In this document: positions 37,975 to 49,806 of the stretch, in pieces
Layout of the letters: each line of letters opens with the position of its first letter
Position numbering within the stretch: the first letter of the stretch is position 1
Source of the DNA: Malacoraja senta
Lineage: Eukaryota
Length of the DNA stretch: 60,000 nucleotides
Reading direction: 5' to 3'
Assembly (NCBI GenBank): GCA_038087875.1
Contig: CM075990.1
Location: forward strand, 12,526,001 to 12,586,000
Program-made: the position numbers and the translations under genes
Notes under the pieces: model-generated
Told to the model about the DNA's origin: nothing
The model's input: only the letters and a program-made list of their open reading frames with translations
The model's database searches: none

Positions 37975-39472
37975 CCGGAGAAGCAATCTATACCCGGCCA
38001 CTGACACCCTCCTCCGCCTAGCGGAGCTGGTACTTACACTTAATAACTTTTCATTCGACTCCTCCCATTTCCTCCAAATACAAGGCGTAGCTATGGGCAC
38101 ACGCATGGGCCCCAGCTACGCCTGCCTCTTTGTCGGGTACGTAGAACAATCCCTGTTCAATGCGTACCAGGGCCCCATCCCCGACCTCTACCTCCGCTAC
38201 ATCGATGATTGTTTTGGTGCCACATCCTGCACCCACACACAACTGACTGACTTCATCCGCTTCACCACCAACTTCCATCCGGCACTTAAATACACCTGGA
38301 CCATTTCCGACACTTCCCTACCATTCCTTGACCTCACTATCTCCATCGCAGGTGATAGACTCCTTACCGACATCCACTACAAACCTACCGACTCCCATGG
38401 CTATCTGGACTACACTTCTTCCCACCCTGCTTCCTGTAAGGACTCCATCCCCCACTCCCAATTCCTCCGTCTACGCCGCATCTGCTCCCAGGATGAGGCG
38501 TTCCACACCAGGGCATCTGAAATGTCCTCATTCTTCAGGGAACGGGGGTTCCCCTCCTCCACCATAGATGAGGCTCGCACCAGGGTCTCTGCCATACCCC
38601 GCAACACTGCTCTCTCTCCCCATCCCCCCACTCACAACAAAGGCAGAGTCCCCCTAGTCCTCACCTTTCACCCCACCAGCCGTCACATACAACAAGTGAT
38701 CCTCCGTCAGTTTCGCCACCTCCAACGTGACCCCACCACTCGCCACATCTTCCCATCTCCCCCTATGTCTGCCTTCCGCAAAGACCGCTCCCTCCGTAAC
38801 TCCCTTGTCAATTCTTCCCTTCCCTCCCATACCACCCCCTCCCCTGGTACTTTCCCTTGCAACCGCAAGAGATGCAACACTTGTCCCTTCACTTCCCCCC
38901 TCCACTCCATTCCAGGACCCAAGCAGTCGTTCCAGGTGCGACAGAGGTTCACCTGCATCTCCTCCAACCTCATCTATTGCATTCGCTGCTCTAGATGCCA
39001 GCTGATCTACATCGGTGAGACCAAGCGGAGGCTTGGCGATCGTTTCGCCGAACACCTCCGGTCGGTCCGCAATAACCAACCTGAACTCCCGGTGGCTCAG
39101 CACTTCAACTCCCCCTCCCATTCCGTATCTGACCTCTCTGTCCTGGGTCTCCTCCATGGCCACAGCGAGCAACACCGTAAATTGGAGGAAATGCACCTCA
39201 TATTCCGCTTGGGCAGTCTACACCCTGGTGGCCTGAACGTTGAATTCTCCCAATTCTGCTAGCCCTGGCTGTCCCCTCCCCTTCATCAGCCATCTGGTTG
39301 TCTCCTCCCCTCCCCCAACCCTCGGGCTCCTCCTCCTCCTTTTCCTTTTTTCCTTTCTTCTCCCCACCCCCTATCAGTCTGAAGAAGGGTTTCGGCCCGA
39401 AACGTTACCTATTTCCTTCGCTCCATAGATGCTGCTGCACCCGCTGAGTTTCTCCAGCATTTTTGTGTACCT
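37975..39472 (+). mobile_element. Penelope-like retroelement (Neptune-type), 5'-truncated, uninterrupted RT + GIY-YIG ORF with 3' pLTR
   Basis: ORF 37934-39262: QIQGVAMGTRMGPSYA and YLRYIDD (PLE RT), Zn-finger linker CNRKRCNTC (Neptune hallmark), NLIYCIRC..YIGET..RLGDRFAEH (GIY-YIG). It is followed by a terminal repeat with a hammerhead core. Possible 8-bp TSD TCTTTGTA at 37967-37974 and 39473-39480. Confidence 0.93.
39379..39407 (+). ncRNA. Minimal type-I hammerhead ribozyme motif in the PLE terminal repeat
   Basis: CTGAAGA-A-GGGT(TTCG)GCCC-GAAA-CGTT: CUGANGA and GAAA boxes, stem II with UUCG loop, palindromic minimal stem III (AACGTT). Stem I is only ~2 bp by eye. Confidence 0.65.
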
Positions 39473-40506
39473 TCTTTGTATATTCAGTCCAGGTAACGAA
39501 CGACAACTGCATTTGCCACTGCTTGCCTTCAAGGTTTGCAAGTATTTCCACCAGTTTGAATCTGCAGGTCGCTGTGGAATGACACCTGAGATTTAGGGTA
39601 TCATTATGGACTACGCTGGTGCGATTCTTTGTCTGCTTTGTTTTGTACGTGTATACTGTAGTCCCTTAGCTCTTTTGGAATCAGTTTCTTGCAACTTTCA
39701 TAGTTGGCGTCTCACTACTTATTCAGGGGCAACTTTTAGACTTTAGACTTGCAGCATGGAAACAGACCCTCTGGCCCACTGAGTATGCACTGATGAGCGA
39801 TCACACCGTACACTAGTACTACCTGTACACCAGGGACAATTTACACAGAAGCCAATCCTGACCTCAGGTGCTGTCTGCGTGGAGTTTGCACATTCTTCCA
39901 GTGATCACGTGGGTTCCTTCCGGGTGCTCCGGTTCCCTCCCACATCCCAAAGAAGTGCAATTTCGTAGGTGAATTGGCCTCTGTAAAACGGCCCCTAATT
40001 TGTAGAGAGTGGATGAAAAATGGGATAACAGAATTAGTGTGAAGAGTTGATGAATGGTCGGCGTGGAGTCGATGGGCCAAAGGGCCTGCTTGCATGCTGT
40101 ATCTCCAAACTAAACTAAAAATAAATGCTTCATGATGCATAAGTGGCAGAAGCACACTGGTCACTGACTGTGGTGAAGAAGAGCATTTGATTTCATCATT
40201 TTGTTCTTTGAACACTCTAATTAAAGCAAGATTAAACTTAAATCAAATGTGCAAGTCTGGGATTGATAGGAGGTTTCCTCTTTTACAAAATAAAACAATT
40301 AAGTGACTGGAACGTATCATCATCATCTTCGTTGAAAACATTAGCGACGCAGTGGTGCTGGATTCCAACGGGAACGGTGACGGACACATCACTGTCCTCC
40401 AGTTCCTGCGACTTCCGCCGCTGGAAGTATAGGATTTTCGTGTGTGTGTGTGTGTGCTTTATCATCATTCCTTACAATGCCGTGTACGACAGTGATCGCA
40501 ACTTCT

Positions 40507-43500
40507 TTTTTTTTTTTTTAATAATATTTTTATTAGAAGCAAAGACATATTATGGTAAAAACATTTAATGTATATCAATCATACATTACTAATATTATCA
40601 ATTGTGGATTGATTCTGCTTCTAGTTTTTTTTTATAGATAGAAAGTGAGAAAGAAAGAGAGAAGAGAAAAACCCACAAATGTCAAGATTTAAAAAAAGAG
40701 TGGAATGATTTACTAATAATACCTCATTGGAGATAAGTTCGTAGGTTATAAAGTATAACTTTTCATCTAATCCTAAGTTCAAGCTTCAGTTAGGTTCCCG
40801 TGCCAAACCGATCTACCCCTTCAAATAGTCAATGAATGGGGACCATATTCTAACAAAAAGTTATTGTTTGTCCATTAAGACAAGTCTGATTCTTTCCAGG
40901 TGTAGGGTCTCCGACATTTCCATAATCCACATTTTAATTGTGGGGGTTATAGGGCCTTTCCAAAATTTTAATATTAATTTTTTCCCAGTTATTATACTGT
41001 AGTCTAGGAAGTTTCTTTGGCTTGTTGTGAGTGTTAGACTTTGTTCTGATATTCCAAGTATTATTAGTTTTGAGTCGGGATCTAATTTAGTATTGACAAC
41101 TTCAGAAATTATTCTAAAAATATCAATCCAGAAATTTTTAATTTTTATACAATTTGCAAAAGTATGTGTTAAGTTAGCCTCTAAATGCTGACATTTATCA
41201 CAAATAGGAGAGATATGTGGGAAAATTCTATTTAGTTTTGCTTTAGAATAATGTAATCTGTGTAATACTTTAAATTGTACTAAAGCATGTCTGGCATTTA
41301 ACGAGCATTGATGTATATATTGTAGACTTTCGTCCCAAATATCTTTCGTTATAGGTTGGCCTAGTTCATTTTCCCATGTGTGTCTATATGATTCCATCGA
41401 TGGGACCTCATTATCTAAGATGGTGTTATAAATATAAGTTATTAATTTTTCTGTATTAGGATGTTTATTCAAATATTCATCAAGGATTTCTGGTTCCCTA
41501 GTCCTATAATTTTGTGTATTGGATTTCACATAATCTCTAAGTTGTAGATATCTGAAAAAATTATTTGAGTGTAGTCCGTAGATCTGTTGTAACTCCTGAA
41601 ATGAAAGAAAAGTGCCTTTCCTATAAAGATGTCCCATCTTTTTAATTCCATAATTGTTCCATAGTGTGAAACCTTTATCCAATATGGAAGGTTTAAATAA
41701 GGGATTGTTTACAATGGGAAAATAAAGTGATATATTATCCAATTTTAAAGCCTTTTTTAATTGTATCCAGATTCGTATACCACTTTGTATTATAGGGTTT
41801 TCCCTATAGGTTTTTTTGTGCAATTTTGTGAGAGCAAACATAATCGCACCAATTTCAAAAAACAAACGGTCTTCCTTTTCCATCCTTAGCCAATCTGGTT
41901 GCTCATCCATTTCTTCCAGCCAGAAATTCATGTTTTTAATATGGACTGCCCAAAAATAAAACAAAATATTTGGCAAAGCTAATCCTCCATTTATCTTTGA
42001 TTTACATAAATGTTTTTTTGCTTATTCTATGATTCTTATAATCCCAGATGAAACTTGTAACAATAGAATCAACTTTTTTTATTTTTTTATTTGGGATATA
42101 TGTCAGAATTGATTGAAATAGGTACAGTAATTGCGGTAAAAAAATCATTTTTATAGCATTAATTCTACCAAACATTGAAATGGGAAGTGTTTTCCAATAC
42201 TGAATATTCTTATGTAGTTTATTCAGTAAAGGTGGGAAGTTTAATATAAATAAAAGAGTATATGTCTTAGTTACATAAATTCCTAAATATTTAAATTTTT
42301 CCTTAACTATTTTAAAAGGAAATTGTTGTAGTGTATGTAAGTTGAGTTCCGTTATTGGCATGATTTCGCTTTTATTCCAATTAATTCTATATCCCGAAAA
42401 CTGACCAAATTGAGTTATTAAATTTAATAGGTTTGGAATGCTAGTTTCTGGCTTTGTAATATATATTAATACATCATCTGCATATAAAGAGATTTTATTC
42501 ATTGTGTCTTTAGTATTATACCCGTATATTTCTGGGTCGGCTCAAACACTTTCTGCTAATAGTTCAATTGCAAGAGCGAATAATAATGGGGATAGTGGGC
42601 ATCCTTGTCTACAACCTCTAGAAAGGTTGAATTTAGTTGATAACATTTGGTTTGTTAATATTCTAGCTGTTGGGTTAGAATATCAAAGTTTAACCCATGT
42701 GCAGTACTTCTCTCCCAATTGAAATTTTCCCATCACCGAAAATAATTATGACCATTCTACCTGATCAAATGCTTTTTTCAGCATCTACCGAAAAAATTGC
42801 TAGATCTGCATTAGCTATTCTATTTGAGTATATAATATTGAATAGTCGTCTCAGATTATAAAATGGGTAACGTTTTGGAATAAAACCTGTTTGGTCGGGG
42901 TTAAACTCAACTCAATCTATGAGATAGGAGTTTAGTTAATATTTTCTGATCAGTATTTAAGAGAGCTATTGCTCTATATGAACCTGGGTCTTCAAGGTCC
43001 TTATCAGTTTTTGGTATAAGTGTTATTGTAGATTCATTTAAAGTTTCTGGGAGTTTCTGTTGAGTATAAGCATATTTATACAGTGTCTGTAAACGTGGGG
43101 AGATCAGATCATAAATTTTTTTATTTTTAAAATAAAATTCGGAGCTTAGGCCGTCAGGACCTGCGGCCTTTCCGTTTTTTAAAGATCTAATTGACTCTTC
43201 GATATCTTTTACCGTTATTTCAGCCCCTAGTAATTCTCTCTCATTCAGATCTAAACCCGTAAGATTACATTTTTGTAAAAATGCTTCCATTCCTGCTGAT
43301 TGTTCTGTCACTTTAGTTGAGTAAAGTTTTTGATAGTATTGTAAAAATCTGTCATTGATATGTTTGGGCAGTGTTAATATTTCTCCATTGTCTGATCTAA
43401 TTTTATAAATTGTTTTTCCCCGTCCAGTTTACGAAGTTGACATGCCAATAGTTTTTGTGGTTAATCACCAAATTCAAAATTTAATTGTTTTGTTTGTTGA

Positions 43501-44028
43501 TAAAGTTTTATAACTTGGTCTGAGTATATTTTATTTAACTTGTATTTCAGTGCTGCAATTTTATTATGTTTTGCCATAGAAGGTGCTACTGCGTTTTCTA
43601 TGTCTAATTGCCTTATTTCCGTTTCCAATGTCCGTTGTTTAGCCCTACTCTCTTTATTAAGAAATGCCTGGGAGGAGATTAATGCTCCTCGTACAAATGC
43701 TTTAAATGTTTCCCAAAGAAGGGAAGCAGAAATTTCAGGGCGGTCATTAGCCTCAAAAAACATATTAATCTGTTTTACAAGGTATTCATGACATACCTTT
43801 CATTTAATATTTGGGGGGTTAAGTCTCCATTGTGTCTGTTTCTCGGCCATTCCATTTAGTTTAATCATAAATGTTAGTGGAGCATGGTCCGAGATTGTAA
43901 TATTATGATATTGCGAGTTGTAGGTAAATGAAATAAGTTTAGAGTCCACCAAGAAATAGTCTATCCTTGAGTACGTTTTATGCACCGGTGAATAAAATGA
44001 ATATTCTCGTCCGGTTGGATTTTCAATT
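40507..44028 (-). mobile_element. L1-clade LINE, 5'-truncated within the endonuclease, frameshifted
   Basis: YSRIDYFLV..SDHAP, KAAGPDG, YRAIALLNTD, SLYADD, QFKVLHRL, CDKC; poly(T) at 40506-40519. It splits another repeat. Confidence 0.93.
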
Positions 44029-44238
44029 CTGAAGTGTGGATGGCCGTTGGCTCGCTAGGAGCTCATCCGCCCTTTGACAGGTCTTGTTTTTGGTCCTGCT
44101 GGGGGTCCACAGCCCCCTCCTCCCCTGGCAAACCAGGTGGGGGAGACGGTTCAGTCGCCGACTATCCGACCATGGAGCAGGTAGCACGGGATTACATGGC
44201 AATGTAATAATGTAAATAAGCATTTTCTCCTGTCGTAG

Positions 44239-44419
44239 GTGATCGTCAATGTGAATGATATCAATGACGTGGTCCCGAGGTTTCTTCGTCCTTACGAGGG
44301 ACCATTCGATATCACCGAGGGTCAGCCAGGGCCGAGAGTGTGGACATTGCTGGCAGAAGATGAAGACTCAGGCCCCAATGGCCAAGTGGAATACAGCATC
44401 ATCGCAGGCGACCCCCTGA
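44239..44419 (+). CDS. CDH23: Cadherin-23 coding exon (~exon 41), 181 nt, phase 0/1
   Basis: tcgtag|GTG...CTG A|gtaagc. Translation VIVNVNDINDVVPRFLRPYEGPFDITEGQPGPRVWTLLAEDEDSGPNGQVEYSIIAGDPL; YEGPF..TEGQPGPRVWT is diagnostic. Confidence 0.96.
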
Positions 44420-46675
44420 GTAAGCTTACGCACATCGACAGATAAAGCTGGAGTAACTCAGCAGGACAGGCAGCATCTCTGAAGAGAAGGATTGGGTGAT
44501 GTTTCGAGTCGAGACCCTTCTTCAGTCTGAAAATCTCGGACTGAGAAACCTGTATAACGCTTTTCCAGACTGAAGAAGGGTTTCGACCCATTCCTTCTCT
44601 CCAGAGATGCTGCCTGTCCCGCTGAGTTACTCCAGCATTTAGAAACATAGAAACATAGAAAATAGGTGCAGGAGTAGGCCATTCAGCCCTTCGAGCCCGC
44701 GCCACCATTCAATATGATCATGGCTGATCATCCAACTCAGTATCTGTGTCTATCTTCGGTTTAAACCAGCATCTGCAGTTCCTTCCTGCACATACGTTCC
44801 CGCACAATCAGATGTGCAATGGGTAAAATGTGGGAACTAATCCATGATCCATACCTTGTGTAAAAACAACAATGGTTTCAATATAAAATCTTTAGCTTTC
44901 GTCTCCAGATTGCAAAGTGGTTCCCGCAAATAGCATGACTGTCCTTTAAGGGGAAGCTAGCTCAGTGTGTGAGGGAGAAACAAGGGAGGGGTTTGCTGAA
45001 AGAATGATCTGAAGCAAGCAGACCAACTACTCTGTCACAATAGGAGTGAGGGAATTCTGTCCGCAACATGGTTCAGAGATTTAGATCCTTTTCAAACTCC
45101 CAATTTCTTTTAAGTTTAAGCAGATGCTTCAGAGATAACTTCCGCCAATGTGACATACATGTAAATGCAAGCTGAATCTGTTCACCAAATTCAATTAAAA
45201 CATTTGGTTTGTTATTATTGGCATGTGTAATGTGATACAGTCAAAAAACGTTGCTTCACAGCTATCCAAGCAAGTCATACCATCTACATTAATGTAGTGC
45301 AAGAGAGGAAATGAAACGGAATGCAGTATGAGGTGTTAGAGGTTTTTTTTAATGGAGATAAAGTAGATATAACGGCCATGACGAGGTAGATTGGGAGATC
45401 AGGAATTCATCCTCAGCTTAAGAAAGGTCCGTCCAAGATTCTGATAATAGTTTGTTCGCTCGTGTGTCAGACGATGTAGCTCGCTGTTGGCTTCTGTCCT
45501 CGTCCAACACGTTGACAGAATTGTCGCCCGACGCGTCACAGAGTGCATCGCGCCGTCGCTTCCAGGGATCGCCACGAGGAGGCTTCTGTCATGATCCCCG
45601 CTGATAATAGTGAGAACGAATTTGCTTTCAAGCTTTTGTATCTTCTACCCGATGGGACAGGGGGAAAGAGAGAATGACCGGTGTATGAGCGATTCGTCAT
45701 TATGTTCGCCACTTTCTCAAGGCAGGTTGAGGTTATAGAGGGTGTTGGAGAGGTAGAAGCTAGCTTGTTTGATGAACTGAGCTGTAACCCACTTGCAACC
45801 TTGAGCAGAACAGTTACCATTCCAAGCTGTGACCATAGGCATCTGTGATGGTAGTGTCGCAGTGTCCAAGGGACTTTGAGTCTTTGGATGGAGAGGAGTC
45901 TTTGGTTGGAGAGGAGAGGTGTTGATGGTATTTTGGTAGTACACTCTTGAAGTTCCCGGCTGTGATGACCAAGGCATCAGGGCTATTAGTAGTGGTACAT
46001 AGTTCATCCAGTCCACATGGGGTGGGATGTACACTGCAGTTAAACAAACTCTCTCAGCGTGTGTACATCCCACAATCAGTATCACTAAGTTAGTTCAGCC
46101 CACCATTATCACACTTGTGCTTGTGAGAGTTTGCTTGTGTAAACTGGATGCTGTGGTCCCGATACTACAATCTGACTGCACTATTGTCACTTCTGCGGTA
46201 AAGTGCTTTGGGATGACCAGATGCACAGAAAGCTGCTATGAAAGTTTCTTACGTCATATAAACATAGAAACATAGAAAATAGGTGCAGGAGTAGGCCATT
46301 CGGCCCTTCGAGCCAGCACCGCCATTCAATACGATCATGGCTGATCATCCAAAATCAGTGGCCCCTTCCTGCTTTCTCCCCATATCCCTTGATTCCGTTA
46401 GCCCTCAGACCTATATCCAACTCTCTCTTGAATACGTCATGCAAATGAAGAATGTAAATGCAGGAGATCGTGAATGAGGAGACAAGGCAGGATTTACAAT
46501 TTTACAATTTGCAAAATAGTGCAAAATGTAAGAAAGAATTATGATAAGTGCGTTGTCGTCCATCAGTGGGTAACCCGCAGGAACTTCAGCATGGTTTATT
46601 ATGCATGTACTGAGGATTATGTAAGGGGAACAGAGATGGTTTTAGTTACTAACATTCCCATTGCTTGAACTTCAG

Positions 46676-46809
46676 ATGAGTTCATCATCTCTCCAGTGGA
46701 AGGGGAGCTGCGTGTGAGAAGAGACGCAGAGTTAGATCGGGAGAGTGTGGCGTTTTATAACATAACCATCATGGGCAAGGACAGAGGAACGCCACCGCTC
46801 AGCAGTACG
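46676..46809 (+). CDS. CDH23: Cadherin-23 coding exon (~exon 42), 134 nt, phase 1/0
   Basis: cttcag|AT...ACG|gtcagt. Translation (N)EFIISPVEGELRVRRDAELDRESVAFYNITIMGKDRGTPPLSST with the DRE motif; phase joins both neighbours. Confidence 0.95.
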
Positions 46810-47911
46810 GTCAGTCAGCACGTTTCTGCTCTCAGCTCCTTGTGTTGATCAATGTACAAAATATTCCGTCTTAGTCACCATCTTAGTCACTTCCGGACAT
46901 TGACATGAACTTTGGGCACTCATTGCTGTCAGGCAGTGGCCTGGATTGTCATGAATACTGCGCATTTCTTTCTTAACGCGGCACGGTGGCACAGCGGTAA
47001 GTTGCTGCCTTACAGTGCCAGCAGACCTGGGTTCGATCCCGACTACGGGTGCTGTCTGTACGGAGTTTATACCTTCTCCCCATGACCTGCGTGGGTTTTC
47101 TCCGAGATCTTAGCTATCCGCCCACATTCCAAAGGCGAACAGGTTTGTAGGTTAATTGGCTTAGCATGTATAAATTGTTCCTAGTGTGTGGAGGAGAGTG
47201 TTAATGTGCAGTGATCGCTGGTCGGTGCGGACTCAGTGGGCTGAAGTGCCTGTCTCCACGCTGTATCTCTAAACTAAACTAAACTAATGTCCTCATCCCA
47301 TTATGTAAGATGTCGAAGGACTCTCTCCTCACATTCATCTTAATATCTTTTTCTATTTTCCTTTAATTTCATTCTCTCTTCCCTTTTCTCTTTTTTCTTC
47401 TCTTTTATTGTTTACCATTTTTGCCCCATTTTTAATCAGATTTTCTTCCTGTCTTTATTCTTTCTTTTCTTTTTTTCTTTCCCTGCACTCTTTCCTAATC
47501 TCTTCTATCCTTGCCCAATGGTGCAGTATTTGAACTGCGGCCTCACAGAGCCAGAGGCCCCGGTTCGATCCTAACCTCGGGTGCTGTGTGTGGAGATTGT
47601 GTGTTCTCCCTGTGACCACGTAGGCTTTTTCTGGGTACTCCCATTTCCTCCTACATCTCAAAGACGTGCGGGAATTGTAGGTTAAATGCTCTTTGTAAAT
47701 CGCTCCATGTGCACGGGGCGGGTGTGAAAGTGGGATAAAAAATAGAACTAGTATGAACAGGTGATCGATGGTCAGCATGGACCCAGTGGGCCGAAGGGCC
47801 TGTTTTCATTCTGCATCTTTCAATCAATCATCGGTCAGTCCACGGATAAATGGTTTTGTTGTGTATTTAATTTTTTTCACTGATTCTGCTCTTTGGTTGT
47901 GTCCCACGTAG

Positions 47912-48121
47912 GTACTGGTTGGAGTCCGTGTCCTGGATGTTAACGATAATGACCCCGTGCTCCAGAACATTCCACGGAACTGCACCATCAGTGAAAACAC
48001 TGCTGCGTCCACAAGTGTAGCCAGGGTGCAAGCCACCGATATTGACAGTGGCCGCAATGCCCTCCTCACCTTTCACATCTCTGCTGGAAACATCGATAAC
48101 ACCTTTTTTATCAATGAAACA
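47912..48121 (+). CDS. CDH23: Cadherin-23 coding exon (~exon 43), 210 nt, phase 0/0
   Basis: cacgtag|GTA...ACA|gttaag (weak donor). Translation VLVGVRVLDVNDNDPVLQNIPRNCTISENTAASTSVARVQATDIDSGRNALLTFHISAGNIDNTFFINET. Confidence 0.94.
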
Positions 48122-49698
48122 GTTAAGTAAATTATTGCTGTGGATATCGCATAGAGTCATGCAGCGCGGAAACAGGCCCTTCAGCCCAACTTGCCCACAT
48201 CAACCAACATGTCCCATCTACACTAGTCCCACCTGCCCGCGTTTGGCCCATATCCCACGAAACCTGTCCTATCCATGCACCTGTCTCATTGCTGCTAAAT
48301 GTTGCAATAGTCCCTGCCTCAACTACCACCTCTGGCAGCTCCGTTCCATCACCCACCACCCTTTGTGTGAAAATGTTACCCCTCAGATTCCTGTAAAATC
48401 TTTTCCACCCTCACCTTAAACCTACGTCCTCTGGTTCCCGATTCCGAATCAGAATCAGAATCACACTTTATTCGCCAAGTAAGTTTCGCAACAAACGAGG
48501 AATTTCATTTGCCAGGTCAGTCATACAATTTGAAGCAACAAAAACACATCTTAACGTGAACATCCACCACAGTGACTCCAACACATTCCTCACTGTGATG
48601 GAAGGCGAAATAAAGTTCAAGTCACTTCCCTTCGTTCTTCCTCGGTCGTGGGCCTCGAGCCCCCGTTGATGGGATGATCTTGACTCCCGTAGCAGGCGGT
48701 GTTTTGGCCCTCCCCCACTCAGGGCAACTCTGTGCATCTACCCGATCTATTCCTCTCATGATTTTATACACCGTCCAACTGATCTACTCCTCTGGTGATT
48801 TTACACACTATTTTTCTCATGATTTTTTACACTGTATATATACTGAATTATATTGCATGATTTATATTAACAGTTAAAACACACACACGCTTCTCGTTCA
48901 CCACTCACTTGCTGATCTGGTTAATCAGCGTTAGTTCCCGGTCCAAAGTGGCACAGCTCCGTGACCAAATCCCTCCTGGTGCCACCAGCCAAGCGGCATC
49001 TTCCATTGCTCCAGTCGTGGCCCGATTGTTCTTGGGCCATGCTACTGGCTCCATTCTCGTCACCCAGTGCCATCTCCCCACGGGAACTTCCCACAGTTCC
49101 AGGTATTTTGCCGTAGCCCAGTGCTGTGTAAAGATCTGTCCAAGGGTCGGCATCCGATTACACCCACACAACTACTCTGTCACAGTGATGCCCCTGCTCC
49201 CAGCCTCACCTTTTCAATTCTTCACATGTCAGGCAGCATCTGTGGAGTCAGAAGCTGTAGTTAATGGCCTTTTTTCATGACCTGTTCAAGCTCAGTTTCC
49301 TTTCAGAGCTGCTCTCTGATGAACAGTGATGATAGACACAAAATGCTGGAGTAACTCAGCGGGACAGGCTGCATCTCTGGATAGAAGAATGGGTGACCCT
49401 TCTGAAGAAGTGTCTCGACCCGAAACGTCACCCATTCCTTCTAACCAGAGATGCTGCCTGTCCCCGCTGAGTTACTCCAGCATTTTGTGTCTATCTACGG
49501 TGTAAACTAGCATCTGCAGTTCCTTCCTGCACTCTGATGAAGAGTCTCTGATCTAAAACATCCACTCTGCGTCTCTTGATATATAGATGCCACCTTGCAC
49601 TGTTGAGCATTCCTATAATGGCATCCGCCACAGTATGTTGCTCTTGGCTAGTTTTGTTTCTTCACTCGTCTGACTAGCTCCTGTGACTAACCTTTCAG

Positions 49699-49806
49699 AT
49701 CGGTGTCATCTACGTCAACCGACTCCTGGATCGGGAGCAGACCGCTGAGTATCGACTCACAATCACCGTGAACGACAGCCCAGAAAACCCAAGACATGCC
49801 CGAAGA
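49699..49806 (+). CDS. CDH23: Cadherin-23 coding exon (~exon 44), 108 nt, phase 0/0
   Basis: ctttcag|ATC...AGA|gtaatt. Translation IGVIYVNRLLDREQTAEYRLTITVNDSPENPRHARR (recalled CDH23 PENPRIARR). Confidence 0.95.

Noticed and set aside
48122..48132. Alternative donor GTAAAT 5 nt downstream of the weak GTTAAG donor
   Set aside because: It would add GTTAA and break the frame with the next exon; the 210-nt exon keeps phase.
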